From Rhizophagus irregularis (Eukaryota), in the NCBI RefSeq assembly GCF_026210795.1, contig NC_089429.1, forward strand, positions 5,332,001-5,396,000: 64,000 nucleotides of DNA. Direction: 5' to 3'. The position numbers and the translations under genes were made by a program. The notes beneath the pieces are model-generated. The model was given only the letters and a program-made list of their open reading frames with translations, had not been told where the DNA came from and did not search any database. Of this stretch, positions 38,983 through 52,183 are shown one piece after another (the stretch's first letter is position 1; the number at the start of each line of letters is the position of its first letter).

Positions 38983-40475
38983 CCCTATAAAAAAATTGGA
39001 TACGTTTTTTATAAAGTTTTTATACGATTTTTTTTCCTTAGAAATAATAGGATACGGAAAAATGCACCATTCCGTATCACTAAAAATATGGTTTGGATAC
39101 GGAATTTGCACGGGATTTATATGGAATTTACATGATTTGATCATTGATTTTATCACGAAATTTATACGATTTGGTCACTGAATTTACTATTTGTATTACA
39201 GTTTACTATAATTGTATTTACATAAATCTAATTTTACTTTATTAAATTAAATAAAAAATAAAAAATAAACAAAGTACAAATACATTATGAAAATTCCCTC
39301 CTTATTAAAACCACCTATTGCAACCAAAATTATCTATAAGTTCAGGTTCATTTGGAGTCAAACAACCTAAAAGAACAAAAAAAAAGATTGGAAACAAAAC
39401 CTCCCTCATATAATATCTGCAATCGTCCAAGTCACCAAAGGTCAGCATTCCTACAAAAAAAGAAGGAGAACTCTGTCTGACCTACATAAAAGAAAAGAAT
39501 TATGAGGCGTCTAATGAAAAAGAAACCAAAACAACAAAATAAAATCCAAAACTGACCTACAAAAAAAGAAGACTCTGAAGCAACAAAACTGAAACAACCT
39601 ACAAAAAGAAAAGAATCTAAACCCAACTTACAAAAAAACAAGAAAATTTGAACTGACCTAAAAAAAGAAAAAAATCCTGAATCATCCTACAAAAAGAAAA
39701 GGACTCCCAAAATGATCTACAAAATAGAAAAAAGAAACTGAATATTCTCACAAAAAAAAATCTGCTGGCCTATGAAATTAAATATAAATAAAAAAGAAAG
39801 GTGAATAAAGAATAAACCAAAAAAAATATTTTTTTAAAAAGAGGGTAACGAAGTTAGGAAAGTTAAAAAAAAATTTTTTTTTAAAGGGAGGACGTCAAAG
39901 TTAGAAAAATAAAAAATTTTTTATAAAGAGGAAATAGAAATAGAAAGAAGAAATTTTTTTTAAAAAAAAGGAGAGTGGGAATAAAAGAAAAAATTTTTTT
40001 TTCAAAGGAGAGTGACGAAAAAAAAATTTTTTAAAAGTGAGGTACGAAAAAAAAAATTATTTTTAAAAGGGGGTGACGAAGAAAAAAGAAAATTTAGAAA
40101 AAATAACAAAAATAAGACAAGAGAAAGAGAAAGGAAAGACAGAAAGGAAAGATCGGAAGATCAAACTCATCAAAAGTAAGGGTTTACATAAAAAACAAAA
40201 AACGTATCATAACAAAACAATAAACAATCATGTGATCTCGTGTCATGATACGGGATTTTTGTAAATTATCTTCTAAAAATATTAAGTTTAAAAATTCCGT
40301 ATACATTCCGCATGATTAATTTTTTCCGTATACATTTCTTATACATTAGTTTTTTAAAAAAATGTTCAAAAATGAATTGCTTATTAAATATACGGAATTT
40401 GTATACGGAATCTATAGAAACGTACAAAAAATGTATACAAAACGTATCCTTTCCGTATACATATTTCTTATAGGG
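38983..40475. mobile_element. 1.5-kb non-autonomous CCCTAT...ATAGGG element, TSD TTA
   Basis: tta|ccctataaaaaaattggatacg...cgtatacatatttcttataggg|tta. (G)ATACGG/CCGTAT subterminal repeats. Confidence 0.8.
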
Positions 40476-43448
40476 TTAGTATAGTTTTAAAAACTTCCAA
40501 TGAAAATTCTATTGGAATTAGAATTTTCAAAAACTTCCAATCTTATAATGCTTATTACTGTAAAGTTGCTACGTAAAATTTTTTGATTGGTTCAATAAAA
40601 AAAATCAATCAGTAAGAAGCTATTTCATTCGTTCAGTCATTTCTAATGAAAATTCAGAAATACAACTGTATCCTTAAAAAAAAGTTTTATTTTATTTTTT
40701 TTTTTTTTGAAAAGCGACAATAATTATTCACAAAGCATATCTTTAAAGATAATGTTATGCTTTCAACACAATTAAATTAATAATTGCCAATATCTTAGAA
40801 ATTGTCAAAATTTTTTTATAAATTAAGGAAAGATATGTATACAGATAGGAGCAGGAGCGTATTCTTGATCAGTGGTTCCGAATTACAAGAAATTCTCGTA
40901 TAATATGAAATTTTGTATTTTTTTTTAAAAAAAAGGTAATAGTAAAAACTTGTATATCTAAAAAGCCATTTAGTAATGTAAAAAAAAAAGAAATCGATAC
41001 CTGTCTATTATCAAAAAAAATAAAAATTTGACTATCACTTTTGTGTGTAAATGAAGGTTGAGTATTTCACAAAATCAACTAATAACGTAACTTCTGCTGC
41101 AGTTGCTGTTAAAGGAAAACAATAAGTCAAAGAATTATAAATGATATAATCATCACTTAGAAACGTATTCATCTATTTTACGACACCTGTTTTACCGACA
41201 TAAAATTTAATGACTTCGCTTTGTCGACTTGCCATTTCACCGACGCACATTTTCCCATAATCATTTCAACGAATCACCATTTTGCCGATAGCCAATAGCC
41301 ATGATCAACAATAGACAATATCGTTATTTATTTTTACTATATGTAATTAAAAAAAAAATATTTATATTTGGTATTTATCGATTCCCCGATCACTAAAAAC
41401 ACTAAAAACGAATAAGATTTCACTGAATAATTAATAATTATTTATCATGTGATGAAACTAGATTACTAATTTTTTTAAAAAAATTAGATATTGTTTACTG
41501 AATAATTTAATTTTATAATTGTAATTTAAGCCTATAATTTTTAAAAAACATTAAATTTTACTTGAATAATTTGAAATTAAGACGCAGTAAAGAGAGAGGT
41601 GCTCATTTTCAGTAGTAAAATGGCGTTTCAGTGAAATGAAGTTACATGTCGGTAAAATGGCTGTCTGTAAATCGTACCGTAACCCTTAAAAGGATTATCC
41701 GACACACTTATTAATTATTATAAGAACAAATAGGAATAACCGAATAAGTATTATTACAAAAAAAGAATATTCATTAACAATTCATAATTTACCATACTTA
41801 ACGCTAATAATTAAAGAAATTAAAATTAAAAAAAAAAAATTATAATTTAATTCGTTAGGATAAATACATGATCTGCATGGGCGTATTGGTGAACGTCACA
41901 AAGTGGCGTAAATACCACCGTCAACTAAATATCACATTTAAATTAGGAAACGGAACCCGTTATATAGGAAGTCCGAAGCTATTTAAATGTTCATAAATAT
42001 ATATAGTCCTTCGTTACACTTCGGATTAATAAATATATTTAGATATTTATTTATACACAGTATATTATACTCCAAAAATAAATTCCCATTTATGGATTAG
42101 AAAGGAAAAAGAAGAAAAATTTAAAGCATTTGTGTTCTATTACAAACGAAAAAAAACAAGTTTTTTACAATATCTGTTATCGTGCTTTTTTTCACAAGAA
42201 AAATCACTTTTTTTTTTAATTAATAAAATTCAATTACAGGAATATTTACAGTAATTATGCCGTTTTAAAATCGTATCTAACTTGAGTTTTCTCCAATTAA
42301 TTTTCCATATGGGTGGTAAAATTTATATTTATTGTTTGCTATCATTGTAATCATTTCACTCTTTTCCGATTAAACATAGAATATTCCGGTAATGATTTCC
42401 AAAACATTTCAAGTTGACATAAATCACAACTTTAATTTTAATTCTTTTAATCGACTATTTAGTATGTTAAATATGTTGACGATTAAAAAACGTCAATCTT
42501 CAATTTCTTTTTCACACCAATAATTTAGGTATAAAAATTTTTTATTTATTACATAAGAGCAAATAAAAAATTTTTATTTTTAATTTCGTAATGACTAATG
42601 ATATTACTAAATGCATTACCGTAACACAGTCAAATTTAACATGATAATTAACATTGATAATTAACATGATGTAATTGTGTAATTGATTTTCTAATTTCCG
42701 ATATTCGGAGTTATCAATTCCCTATATTGTTCGTATAAGCTGCTATAGATAACAAACTAATTGATAGTAATATAAATTCTTTTTCAAAAAATAAACCAAT
42801 TATTTTCTTACACTTTAATATTTTCCAATAATACAGTACAATTTACCAATTTGTAAAAGTATATGTTAACCACTTTTTGATAAGATGGTGTTAAGATGGA
42901 CTTGAGTAGTATATTAATTAAATATGTAAAAATAAGCAACTGTAGATGTTATTTTCTTAATAAATTTATCTAATTGGAGATATAGAATAAACAAAAACAA
43001 ATTATTGCGCTACCGACTATATTACGTTGTCAGTCAATACTACAAAAAATAAAATAAAATAAAATAAAATAAAATAAAATTGGTATAGTCTAAAGTCTTT
43101 ATGTTAAAAAATAATATATACAGCAGTATTATTTAAATATAATATAAATAAATATAATGAAATACTAATAATATTTTTTATTTTCTTTTTTTGTTACGCA
43201 AAATAATTTACGCAAATTTACATTAATTATTTACACATTATTCGGTCTTTTTCCTAAAGTAAAATATTTATTCATAAGGAAATTTTATTTTATTTATTTT
43301 TGTAATACAGGCAACTAATGTCTCTTGCAATAAATTCTTTTTAGATATAATCTTACTATATTTTAAATACCCTTAGGAATTGTGGGTATGCTTTTACGGA
43401 AATAAGATGTTTAGTTAAATTTCTTTTTGCTTTTTTTTTTATTACTTA

Positions 43449-43602
43449 GGGCAGTGACATTTATTACGTAATATTTTAGGGGTGGGAGGGTATTTAAAGG
43501 TCATATAACATATAAGTGTAACGTAAGATTTTTCATATTACATGGGGGTGGGGGAGTATGGGCTTATAGTAAATGGATATTACGTAATAAACGTCACTGC
43601 CC
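43449..43602. mobile_element. PIF/Harbinger (Tourist)-like MITE, TSD TTA
   Basis: tta|gggcagtgacatttattacgtaatat...atattacgtaataaacgtcactgccc|tta. Confidence 0.85.
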
Positions 43603-44071
43603 TTAGTGGATTCGGATAATGAATTCCTTCGGGTCTGGTACAAAATCACGAAATTCACATTACGAAACAATTAAATCCCGACGGTCGATATTTTAAAACC
43701 AAAAATCACAAAACACAAAATCTAAATTGCCACATAATTATGTCAATACCAATAGAACAAAAAGATTATATATTAATATTATTAATATTGTATTATTCAA
43801 TTTTATATCTATATATTATATATATTATTGGTAGTACTTTCGATCCGTGTACAGATTGTTCCGAAAATCCGGGTAAAAATCCACGGGATTCGTCCGGATC
43901 GTCAAATTCCGAAACCATTAACAATTAATAACTTTTCTAGTAGTATTTAATGTTGCGTAGAGCTGAAATTTTATAACAATTTTTTTTTTAACCGGATTTT
44001 TATTAATTAAAAGTTTTTATCCGGATTATGGATTTCGAACTGATCGAAGCACATACCGCATTAGATTATTA

Positions 44072-44270
44072 CAGCTAATTTCATAATATACGGGACATAC
44101 CGAGAGACGACTCGGTACATTCGGTAAAACTCGGTAAGTTCATAATAAGGTAAAAATTATATTATTAGATTCGGAGCACTGGTTGGTGTAGTTTTTATTT
44201 TATTCTGAGTAATACCGAATCTTACTGAGTTTAGTAAAAATGGGTGCCCCATATATTATGAAATCAGCTG
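44072..44270. mobile_element. Tc1/mariner-like MITE, TSD TA
   Basis: ta|cagctaatttcataatata...tatattatgaaatcagctg|ta. Confidence 0.85.
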
Positions 44271-44533
44271 TAATTGATTTAAATCATTCAGTTCAGTAAT
44301 ATTATCTGTTTGACAGGACCTATAATGCAATTCTTATGCCGCTATCTAATAATTTTGCTACAGTATATGCTAATACATAGTAATATGAGATAACCGAACA
44401 AAATAAAAATATCTATTATGTAAACTTAAAAGAATAACTGAATAAACTGATAATTAATATTGTTTAACATATATAATTCATGAATAAATAATATCAGTTT
44501 CATTAGTGATAACGATCGCCACTACCAAAATTA

Positions 44534-44682
44534 CCCTGTAAAAAGAAGTCGATCCGTGTTTTATATTCCATCTTTTTTTCCGTAAAAGGCGCATATTTCC
44601 AGAATTATTTCGTTAATGGATCCGTAAAAGGCTTATTTTTACGGAATTTTTACAGAAATAACGGATAAGATTTTTTATAGGG
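44534..44682. mobile_element. CCCTGT...ATAGGG MITE, TSD TTA
   Basis: tta|ccctgtaaaaa...ttttttataggg|tta. Same family as 33757-33915. Confidence 0.8.
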
Positions 44683-45492
44683 TTAGGGTGGAGTTCCAGT
44701 CAGAGTTAAAAATCTTGTGAAATTTTGCCTGAAATTTCTCCCTAGTGCTAATATGGTGATGACCACGTCGGCATTAGTACAATAAATTTTAAAATAATGA
44801 GTTTGTGATAAAATTAAATTATTAAATTATTTTTATTATTGTTATTTGTTTTCTATTTTTATTCACAGTTTTATTTCAAATTACAGAATTAGTATATAAA
44901 CAATTATGCAATTTATCTTTTTACCATGCAAGATTTTGTTACGTAATTTCTTTGATTGATTATTATGCAGATCATAAAATGTATTACGAATAATTTAATA
45001 ATCATCATGTAAAAATTCAAGCCAATAAAATTTAATTTATCAAACTATTTATTTGTATTCTTAAAATAATTTTCAGAATTATACATAAAAAGCAATATTC
45101 ATGACATGGGTTATCAATTTTCAATTAAATTTCATTTAAAAGATAAATTTTTTGTTTTTAATAAAACAAAGCGATAACAAATTCCATTTCGTCGTATTTG
45201 CATTTTTGTATCTAGTTCTTTTGAATAGTTTGTTACGAGTAAAATTTTTTTTTTTAATTAATTAATTAAGATAAAAATATATATTAGTAAATACAGTAAC
45301 ATATGTATCGGACAAATCTTCTGAAGTGGTTTTGTTACAGATAGATGATCGTTTGACATTAGTTAAACAACACGACGATAATTAACGCGATAATTAACGT
45401 GATGACCTAATGTCAATTTTTTTATATATAGTCTCTTCATACGCATTTACTTTACGCTGTTATTATACACAATCAAGCAATAAATTATATAA

Positions 45493-47108
45493 ATGACTAA
45501 AAAAAAGGCCCCGTTTGGAATCATTTTAAAATAATTGGTAATGTTGGCGACCCACATCCTCACGTACGATGCGAATATTGTCCTAAAGAATCTAAACGAG
45601 CTGTTCCTAAACGAATGCAAAATCATTTTGATAAAAAGGAGTGTCAAGGACTGCAACAATATATTAACCGTTTGAGTGAATCTTCAAAGTTATCAAATAA
45701 AGATGATAGCAATAATCTTTCAGGAATACATCATCTTGGATATTGTTATCAGCATGGAATTGAAACTGAAAAAAATGAAATTAAAGCATTTGAATTATAT
45801 GAAGCAGCAGCTGGAAAGGGTCACCTTGATTCAATACATCAACTTGGATTTTGTTATCAACATGGAATAGGAACTAAAAAAGATGAAATCAAAGCATTTA
45901 AATTATATACAAAAGCAGCTGAAAAGGGTTATATTGTTTCAAAATATAACCTTGGAAAATGTTACGAAGATGGAATAGGAACTATAAAAAATGAAATTAA
46001 AGCATTTGAATCATATAACACAGCAGCTGAAGCGGGTCACATTGTTTCAATATATCATCTTGGGTTATGTTATGAAAATAAAATAGGAACAGAATATAAT
46101 GCAAGTAAAGCATTTGAATCATATAACACAGCAGCTGAAAAGGGTCACATTGTTTCAATGTATCATCTTGGGTTATGTTATGAAAATAAAATAGGAACAG
46201 AATATAATGCAAATAAAGCATTTGAATCATATAACACAGCAGCTGAAAAGGGTCACATTGTTTCAATGTATCATCTTGGGTTATGTTATGAAAATAAAAT
46301 AGGAACAGAATATAATGCAAATAAAGCATTTGAATCATATAAAGAAGCAGCTGAAAAGGGTCACATTGCTTCAATGTATCATCTTGGGTTATGTTATGAA
46401 AATAAAATAGGAACAGAATATAATGCAAATAAAGCATTTGAATCATATAAAGAAGCAGCTGAAAAGGGTCACATTGCTTCAATGTATCATCTTGGGTTAT
46501 GTTATGAAAATAAAATAGGAACAGAATATAATGCAAATAAAGCATTTGAATCATATAAAGAAGCAGCTGAAGAGGGCCACATTGTTTCAATGTATCGTCT
46601 TGGGATATTTTATGAAAATAGAATAGGAACAGAATGTAATGGAGATACAACATTTGAATCATATGAAGCAGCAGCCGAAGTAGATCACATTGATTCAATG
46701 TATCATCTTGGATTTTGTTATCAACACGGAATAGGAACTAAAAAAGATGAGGTCAAAGCATTTCAATTATATAATGCAGCAGCCGAAGTAGGTCACATTG
46801 ATTCAATGTACCATCTTGGGATATTTTATGAAAATGGAATAGGAACAGAATGTAATGTAGATAAAGCATTTGAATTATATAAAGCAGCAGCTGAAAAGGG
46901 TCACTTTGATTCAATGTGTTATCTTGGGATATATTATGTAAGTGGAGAATGTAATGCAAATGAAGCATTTAAATCATATAACACAGCAGCTGAAGTTGGT
47001 CACATTGATTCAAATTCTGAGATATATGAAGCATTTGAATCAAATAAAGAGGCAGATGAAGAAAAGGGTCATGATTGGTGGTCAAGGTCCATTAATTCTT
47101 TTCAATGA
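45493..47108 (+). CDS. BED-type zinc finger fused to ~12 Sel1-like repeats (1-bp shift in an A8 run just after the ATG)
   Basis: The frame of the 497-aa ORF extends upstream: KKGPVWNHFKIIGNVGDPHPHVRCEYCPKESKRAVPKRMQNHFDKKEC (WxHF...CxxC...H...C). The ATG at 45493 is one base out of frame across A8 (45499-45506). Confidence 0.8.
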
Positions 47109-47409
47109 ATAATTTCATAAACATTTTTAGTGTTTCTTGCGTCATTATATAGTTTACTAAGTAATAAATTTGTTTTCAAAAACAAAATTTTCATACAATA
47201 TATTGTATTGTGCACTATATGAATTTGTTACTCCACTTGAAATTCATAGTATAAATCAATATTTTTATCTTATAGTTTTAAAATATCAATTTTAATTATA
47301 TAATCTCATATATCCAGAGATTAACATTTTAAAAAGTTGTTATTACATGTACACTGTTTATTTTTATAATACACAACTAATGATTACGTTTTTAACATAT
47401 AGATAAAAC

Positions 47410-47599
47410 GGGTGCCGTTCAAAATCCTGAAAATCAAAATCCCGAAATCCAAAATCTCGACAGGTTCAAATCCCGACAGATACAGGTCAAAATCTTACAG
47501 AGCGACTTTCGGGCAGTAATGTGGGCCGATTTTTCGGGAATTTGAACCTGTCGGGATTTTGGATTTTGGGATTTGAGTTTTGGGATTTCGTACCATACC
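47410..47599. mobile_element. MULE-like MITE with long imperfect TIRs
   Basis: aaatccaaaatctcgacaggttcaaatcccga is inverse to tcgggaatttgaacctgtcgggattttggattt. Confidence 0.65.
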
Positions 47600-47627
47600 T
47601 AGAATCAGCCAAAGTTAAGATTTACAA

Positions 47628-47663
47628 CTAGAATATGCGATTTGCTGGGGGACTTCGTCCCCC
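47628..47663 (-). mobile_element. Helitron-like 3' terminus
   Basis: Minus strand reads GGGGGAC-GAA-GTCCCCC agcaaatcgcatatt CTAG|T. 5' end not located. Confidence 0.55.
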
Positions 47664-49692
47664 AAATATAACATTTATAATTAAAAAAATTCTTTGATAT
47701 AAATAAATTGAATTGTTATTCAGGAAAATTAAATACTTAACTTACTTAATACTTAGGATATGGTGAAAAAATGGTGCTAATGGATTATCTAACGAAGAAG
47801 TTCAAAGTCCAAAAAGTTTTAAATCATATTCTGATAGTTAGACCACACCGCGGCGATCATTACTTAAGAGTTTTTTTATAACGCAATATTATTAGGTTTA
47901 CGTGGAGAGCATTTTATTTGATGGCTGAAGATGTTAAAAAACGTGAAGCTTAAGATATAATGTACTTATATTTCAATCAAAGACAAATCAACAAGTGGAA
48001 ATTGGAAATCATGGAAAAGTTGACAAACTTATTTTACCAAATAATCCGTATATAATTGAAATTTATGAGAAATAATTGTCTTATCGTCCTCGACTAGCTG
48101 AACCAAATTTTTTATCTTCAAGAATTTGGTGAACAAATTGTTTTTACTTTGTTAAATCATTTTAATAATTAATTTTAATTAATTTATAATATTAGCTTTA
48201 TATACAGGATGCTAATATAAATTTTGAATCGGATGAAAAATTTTATGAATGAAATATGCAAAGAGCATAAAATACGAGCTTGACTTTTTCAAGCTAGAGC
48301 CGAACTGGGCTAAGTAAAAGCTCAGCCTTGAGCCGAGCTAAGCTGGCTCGAAAAAAGAATTTGACTAGATTTATTCTAATAAAAATATAAAAAAATTGAT
48401 TATTAATAGAAACGACCTAGAATCAATTTTTAATAAAAAAAAAAAGACTTTAAATTTTTAGATATTGATTTTTTCAATCGTACAGAGGGCTTCACCATTG
48501 ATATTTGATACTATTTAAGAAATTTCAGCAACGTTTTTACAAACATGGTAAACAGGATTTTTAATGTAGGCCAGAATTATAGTGTTACCGATAAAAAGAA
48601 AGAATGCTATGATTGATGTCATTATTTAATTATCGCTATTATAATTATGACATAATATTTCTTTCTTCTTTATTACTCCATAATAATGTATTCGCCATTT
48701 GATAAATGAACCGTTAGAATTTGATCCATTTGTAAGAAAATTTTAAAAATTGTACACTATATCATACCGTAGTAATACCTAATCAAACCGCCCATTACTA
48801 AAGGAAATAAAAAGACGTTAAATAACGTTCTTAAAAGAAGTTATTAAATGAAACCTTTAAAAATAAAGGAAAAGGAAATGAAATTATTTTAAAAGAAAAC
48901 AAATATGATATTGGAATTAAGGTTGATTTAGAGTGATGCTTATTCATCACGAATCATTCGAGGTATAGTCGTAAGATGACTATATCTCCAATTTAAATCT
49001 GTAGATTTTAATATACGCTGAAAAAGACAATTTACACGAATCGCATGGATAAAAAGAAAATATAAAATCATTTTCAATTACATGACTTCGCAAATGATGT
49101 ATAAAAAGTAGCAATTCTATTAGTATAAAATAAAATAAAAAATAAACAAGAAAATAAAATACATAGGCAAATATATTGGTTTATAATTAAGATTGCTAGC
49201 TGTAATTAATGATTTCAGAAATTTCGAATTAAGTGACCTTGGTTTCCTAAGATACAAATATGGCATATCGCACCTCAACAATTAAAAGATATATAGTATT
49301 TAAATTATTGACGGTAAATAATATTCTCACTTCCCGCTACATTTTCGTTTAATTTTACGTTGTTAAAGTAAATTAATATGTAATAATAAAAAATCTTAAT
49401 ATTCCTATGTATTTAAATACGGTATGATTGGCTTCTTTTGTATCTTATTTACAAGAGGGATCCAAGTTTGATAGTATATATTATAATATATAGGAAATTA
49501 AAGACGTCAGAATTGTTAAGAAGTATTATAGCAATAAATTCTGGCTGTTACCACGGTCACAATTCTGCGGTAAATATTGGAATAGTTTAGTTATAAGTTT
49601 AAGGTCACCGATATTAATGTGAAATGTGAATTAAATATTTTTACTTTCGTGTACATATCCCAAATTACGTACGATGACCGAATAATTTCAAA

Positions 49693-49861
49693 ATGCAAGT
49701 AAAATTAGGTACATACGATTTATCAAAGTACGTCATAATCCTTACTGGCGCGTCTGATGGTAAAAATTGAATTTTTTTTTCTTCAAAATTAAATTTTACT
49801 TTCATTAAAATAATATAAAAATAATATGAACTATATTTTTATTTTACTTTAAGGCGGCATC
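49693..49861 (+). pseudogene. SDR relic (exon 1 + intron 1 only)
   Basis: MQVKLGTYDLSKYVIILTGASDG|gtaaaa...tttaag|gc, nearly identical to the first exon at 50418. Homology stops afterwards. Confidence 0.85.
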
Positions 49862-50417
49862 ATTTTAAATTTTTTGTTTATTTCTTAAAATTTTTTTTTT
49901 TGTATAAATAATCTTTATTAAATAACTTTTTCATCTAATAAATAAATTAATATTTCCATAATTAGATAGAAACCCTAATTATATTGAGCAATTACGTAAA
50001 GATGATCAAAAAAAATAACGTATTTTATATTCCCAGATCACCATTTGGCATTAATTTTTTACCAAAATTGGAAATTGCAAAATTTCATTATATATAAATA
50101 ATTATTAATTCCATCAATATACCAGTGGTCACTCAGTATCCAATTATCCGTAAATAAAATAAATAATAGTGATTTTTTATATTTATATTTATTTTTCAAG
50201 AATTTTTCGAGGATTTCCAAACCCATAATTTGTAGTATTCTTATAAAAATAGATCCTTATAGACACGCTTTTTTGATTGGTCACAACTTACGGTGTTACG
50301 GTCGATCTCCCATTTTTTTTATATAAGGCAAGCTGTGAACGGTGGCGTGATTTCGTTCACATTTCATTTTATTCATAAAACATTTCAAAAAAAAAGTTAT
50401 TGAATTAATTCAAAATA

Positions 50418-51752
50418 ATGCCAGTAAAATTAGGTACAATTGATTTATCAAGACATGTCATAATCCTTACTGGCGCAACTGATGGTAAAAGTTTGAATTT
50501 TTTTTTTTTTTAAAGATAAAAATTTTTTTATTCTTCTATTTTAAATAATACTAAATATATATTTATTTTATTTTAAGGCATCGGTAAAGAAATGGCAAGG
50601 ATTTTAGCTGGATTTAATCCAAAACGATTGATTTTACCAGCACGTAATAAAGAAAAAGGAAATAATTTATTAGAATATATTAAATCTTCAAATGGAAATA
50701 CAAATAATGTTGAAATTTGGGAATTGGATTTAGCAGACTTACAAAGCGTAAAAAATTTTGCAAATAAGTTCATTAATGAAGTTGGAGAATTGCATATTTT
50801 AATTAATAATGCGGGTAATTAATAATATTAAAATAATCGATTAATTGTTTGAATGTTTCGTATATTTATATATTCGATATATATATTTGTAGGTATTTGG
50901 AATAATAAAGAAATCATTAAAACGAAGGATAATTTGGAGTCACAATTTCAAGTAATTTATCACTTTCTTTAATTTTTGCAATCGTTTAACATATGATATT
51001 TGAATTTTTTTTTTAACATATAATTTATTATAGGTTAACCATTTAGCACCATTTTTGCTTACTTTATTGTTATTGGATACAATAAAAAAATCAGCTTCAG
51101 TTGAATTACCTGGAAAAATTGCATTTACTAGTTCAAGATCTCAGGGATATGGAAAAATTGATTTTGATAATTTAAATCTTGAGAAAGGTGCTTACTTTGG
51201 TCCTTTTCATGGTTATGCAAATACTAAATTGATGGTAAGATTTTGTCTAAGTTACCTATTTAATTATAAATGCTTTAAAACTGACTAAATATTTTATTTA
51301 TTTGGAAAAAAAAAATAAAGAACGTAATTATTGCTCAGGAATTAGGGCGTATTCTTCAAAACGAAAGTAAGTAGTAATAAAGGAAATAAACAATTTTTTA
51401 TTTTTATAACGTGAAGAAAAAAAAAGATTAATTAACCCTTTGTTCCTTTAAATATGTAGATATTACAACATATTCACTTCATCCTGGTATAATTCTAACA
51501 AATATATCCAATGCAAAAGGTGTTTTCATGGAATTTGTCGTGAAAATAGCTACGAAAATAATTGGGATATCAACTGAACAAGGCGCCATCAATACTCTTT
51601 ATCCCGTGCTTTCTCCTGAAAATAAAGAAACAGGAAAATATTATCATGAAGGTATTGAAAAGGAACCAAATGAAATTGCAAATGATCAAGAAGTCGTAAA
51701 AAAGCTATGGGATATTTCTGAAAAAATGTTAAAAGATCGTGAAATGATTTAA
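50418..51752 (+). CDS. Classical short-chain dehydrogenase/reductase, retinol-dehydrogenase-like (copy 1), 6 exons, ~300 aa
   Basis: Exons ~50418-50484, 50578-50814, 50893-50951, 51034-51234, 51321-51366, 51460-51752. TGATDGIG, LDLADL, NNAG, QFQVNHLAPF, FTSS, YANTK, LHPG. Confidence 0.93.
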
Positions 51753-52183
51753 GTTCGATTTTTGGAAAAAAATTTATATGATAAATTCATTTTCTTATTT
51801 TTTTTTTTTTGTATCTACTGTACATTACGTATCGCGGTACGCAAAATAACTTTTTATCCGATAAATAAAAAATAATTTCTAACCGCTTACAAATCAGAAA
51901 GCGGATAAATTAATTACGTGATGCTATCAAAATTGGAAATTATTAAATGTCGATTCATTGCTATGTATATCAGCTGATGTACCCCACTAAACAAATTTAT
52001 CGATAACTACGGGGAAAAATCAACCGGTGGGCAGAATTACATAATTCCTACTCAAGTTCTAAACTGGATTGTATCAAATTAACGTAATTCCTTCCCGGTT
52101 AAGATTAGTAATAATCGATAGAAAAAAACATAAAAAGACTTAAAATCCAAACTATCAAAATAAATTTTTTTTTAAAAAAAAAA

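Noticed and set aside
45997..46968. Antisense repeat ORFs (233 aa, 71 aa)
   Set aside because: Shadows of the 108-bp Sel1 periodicity.
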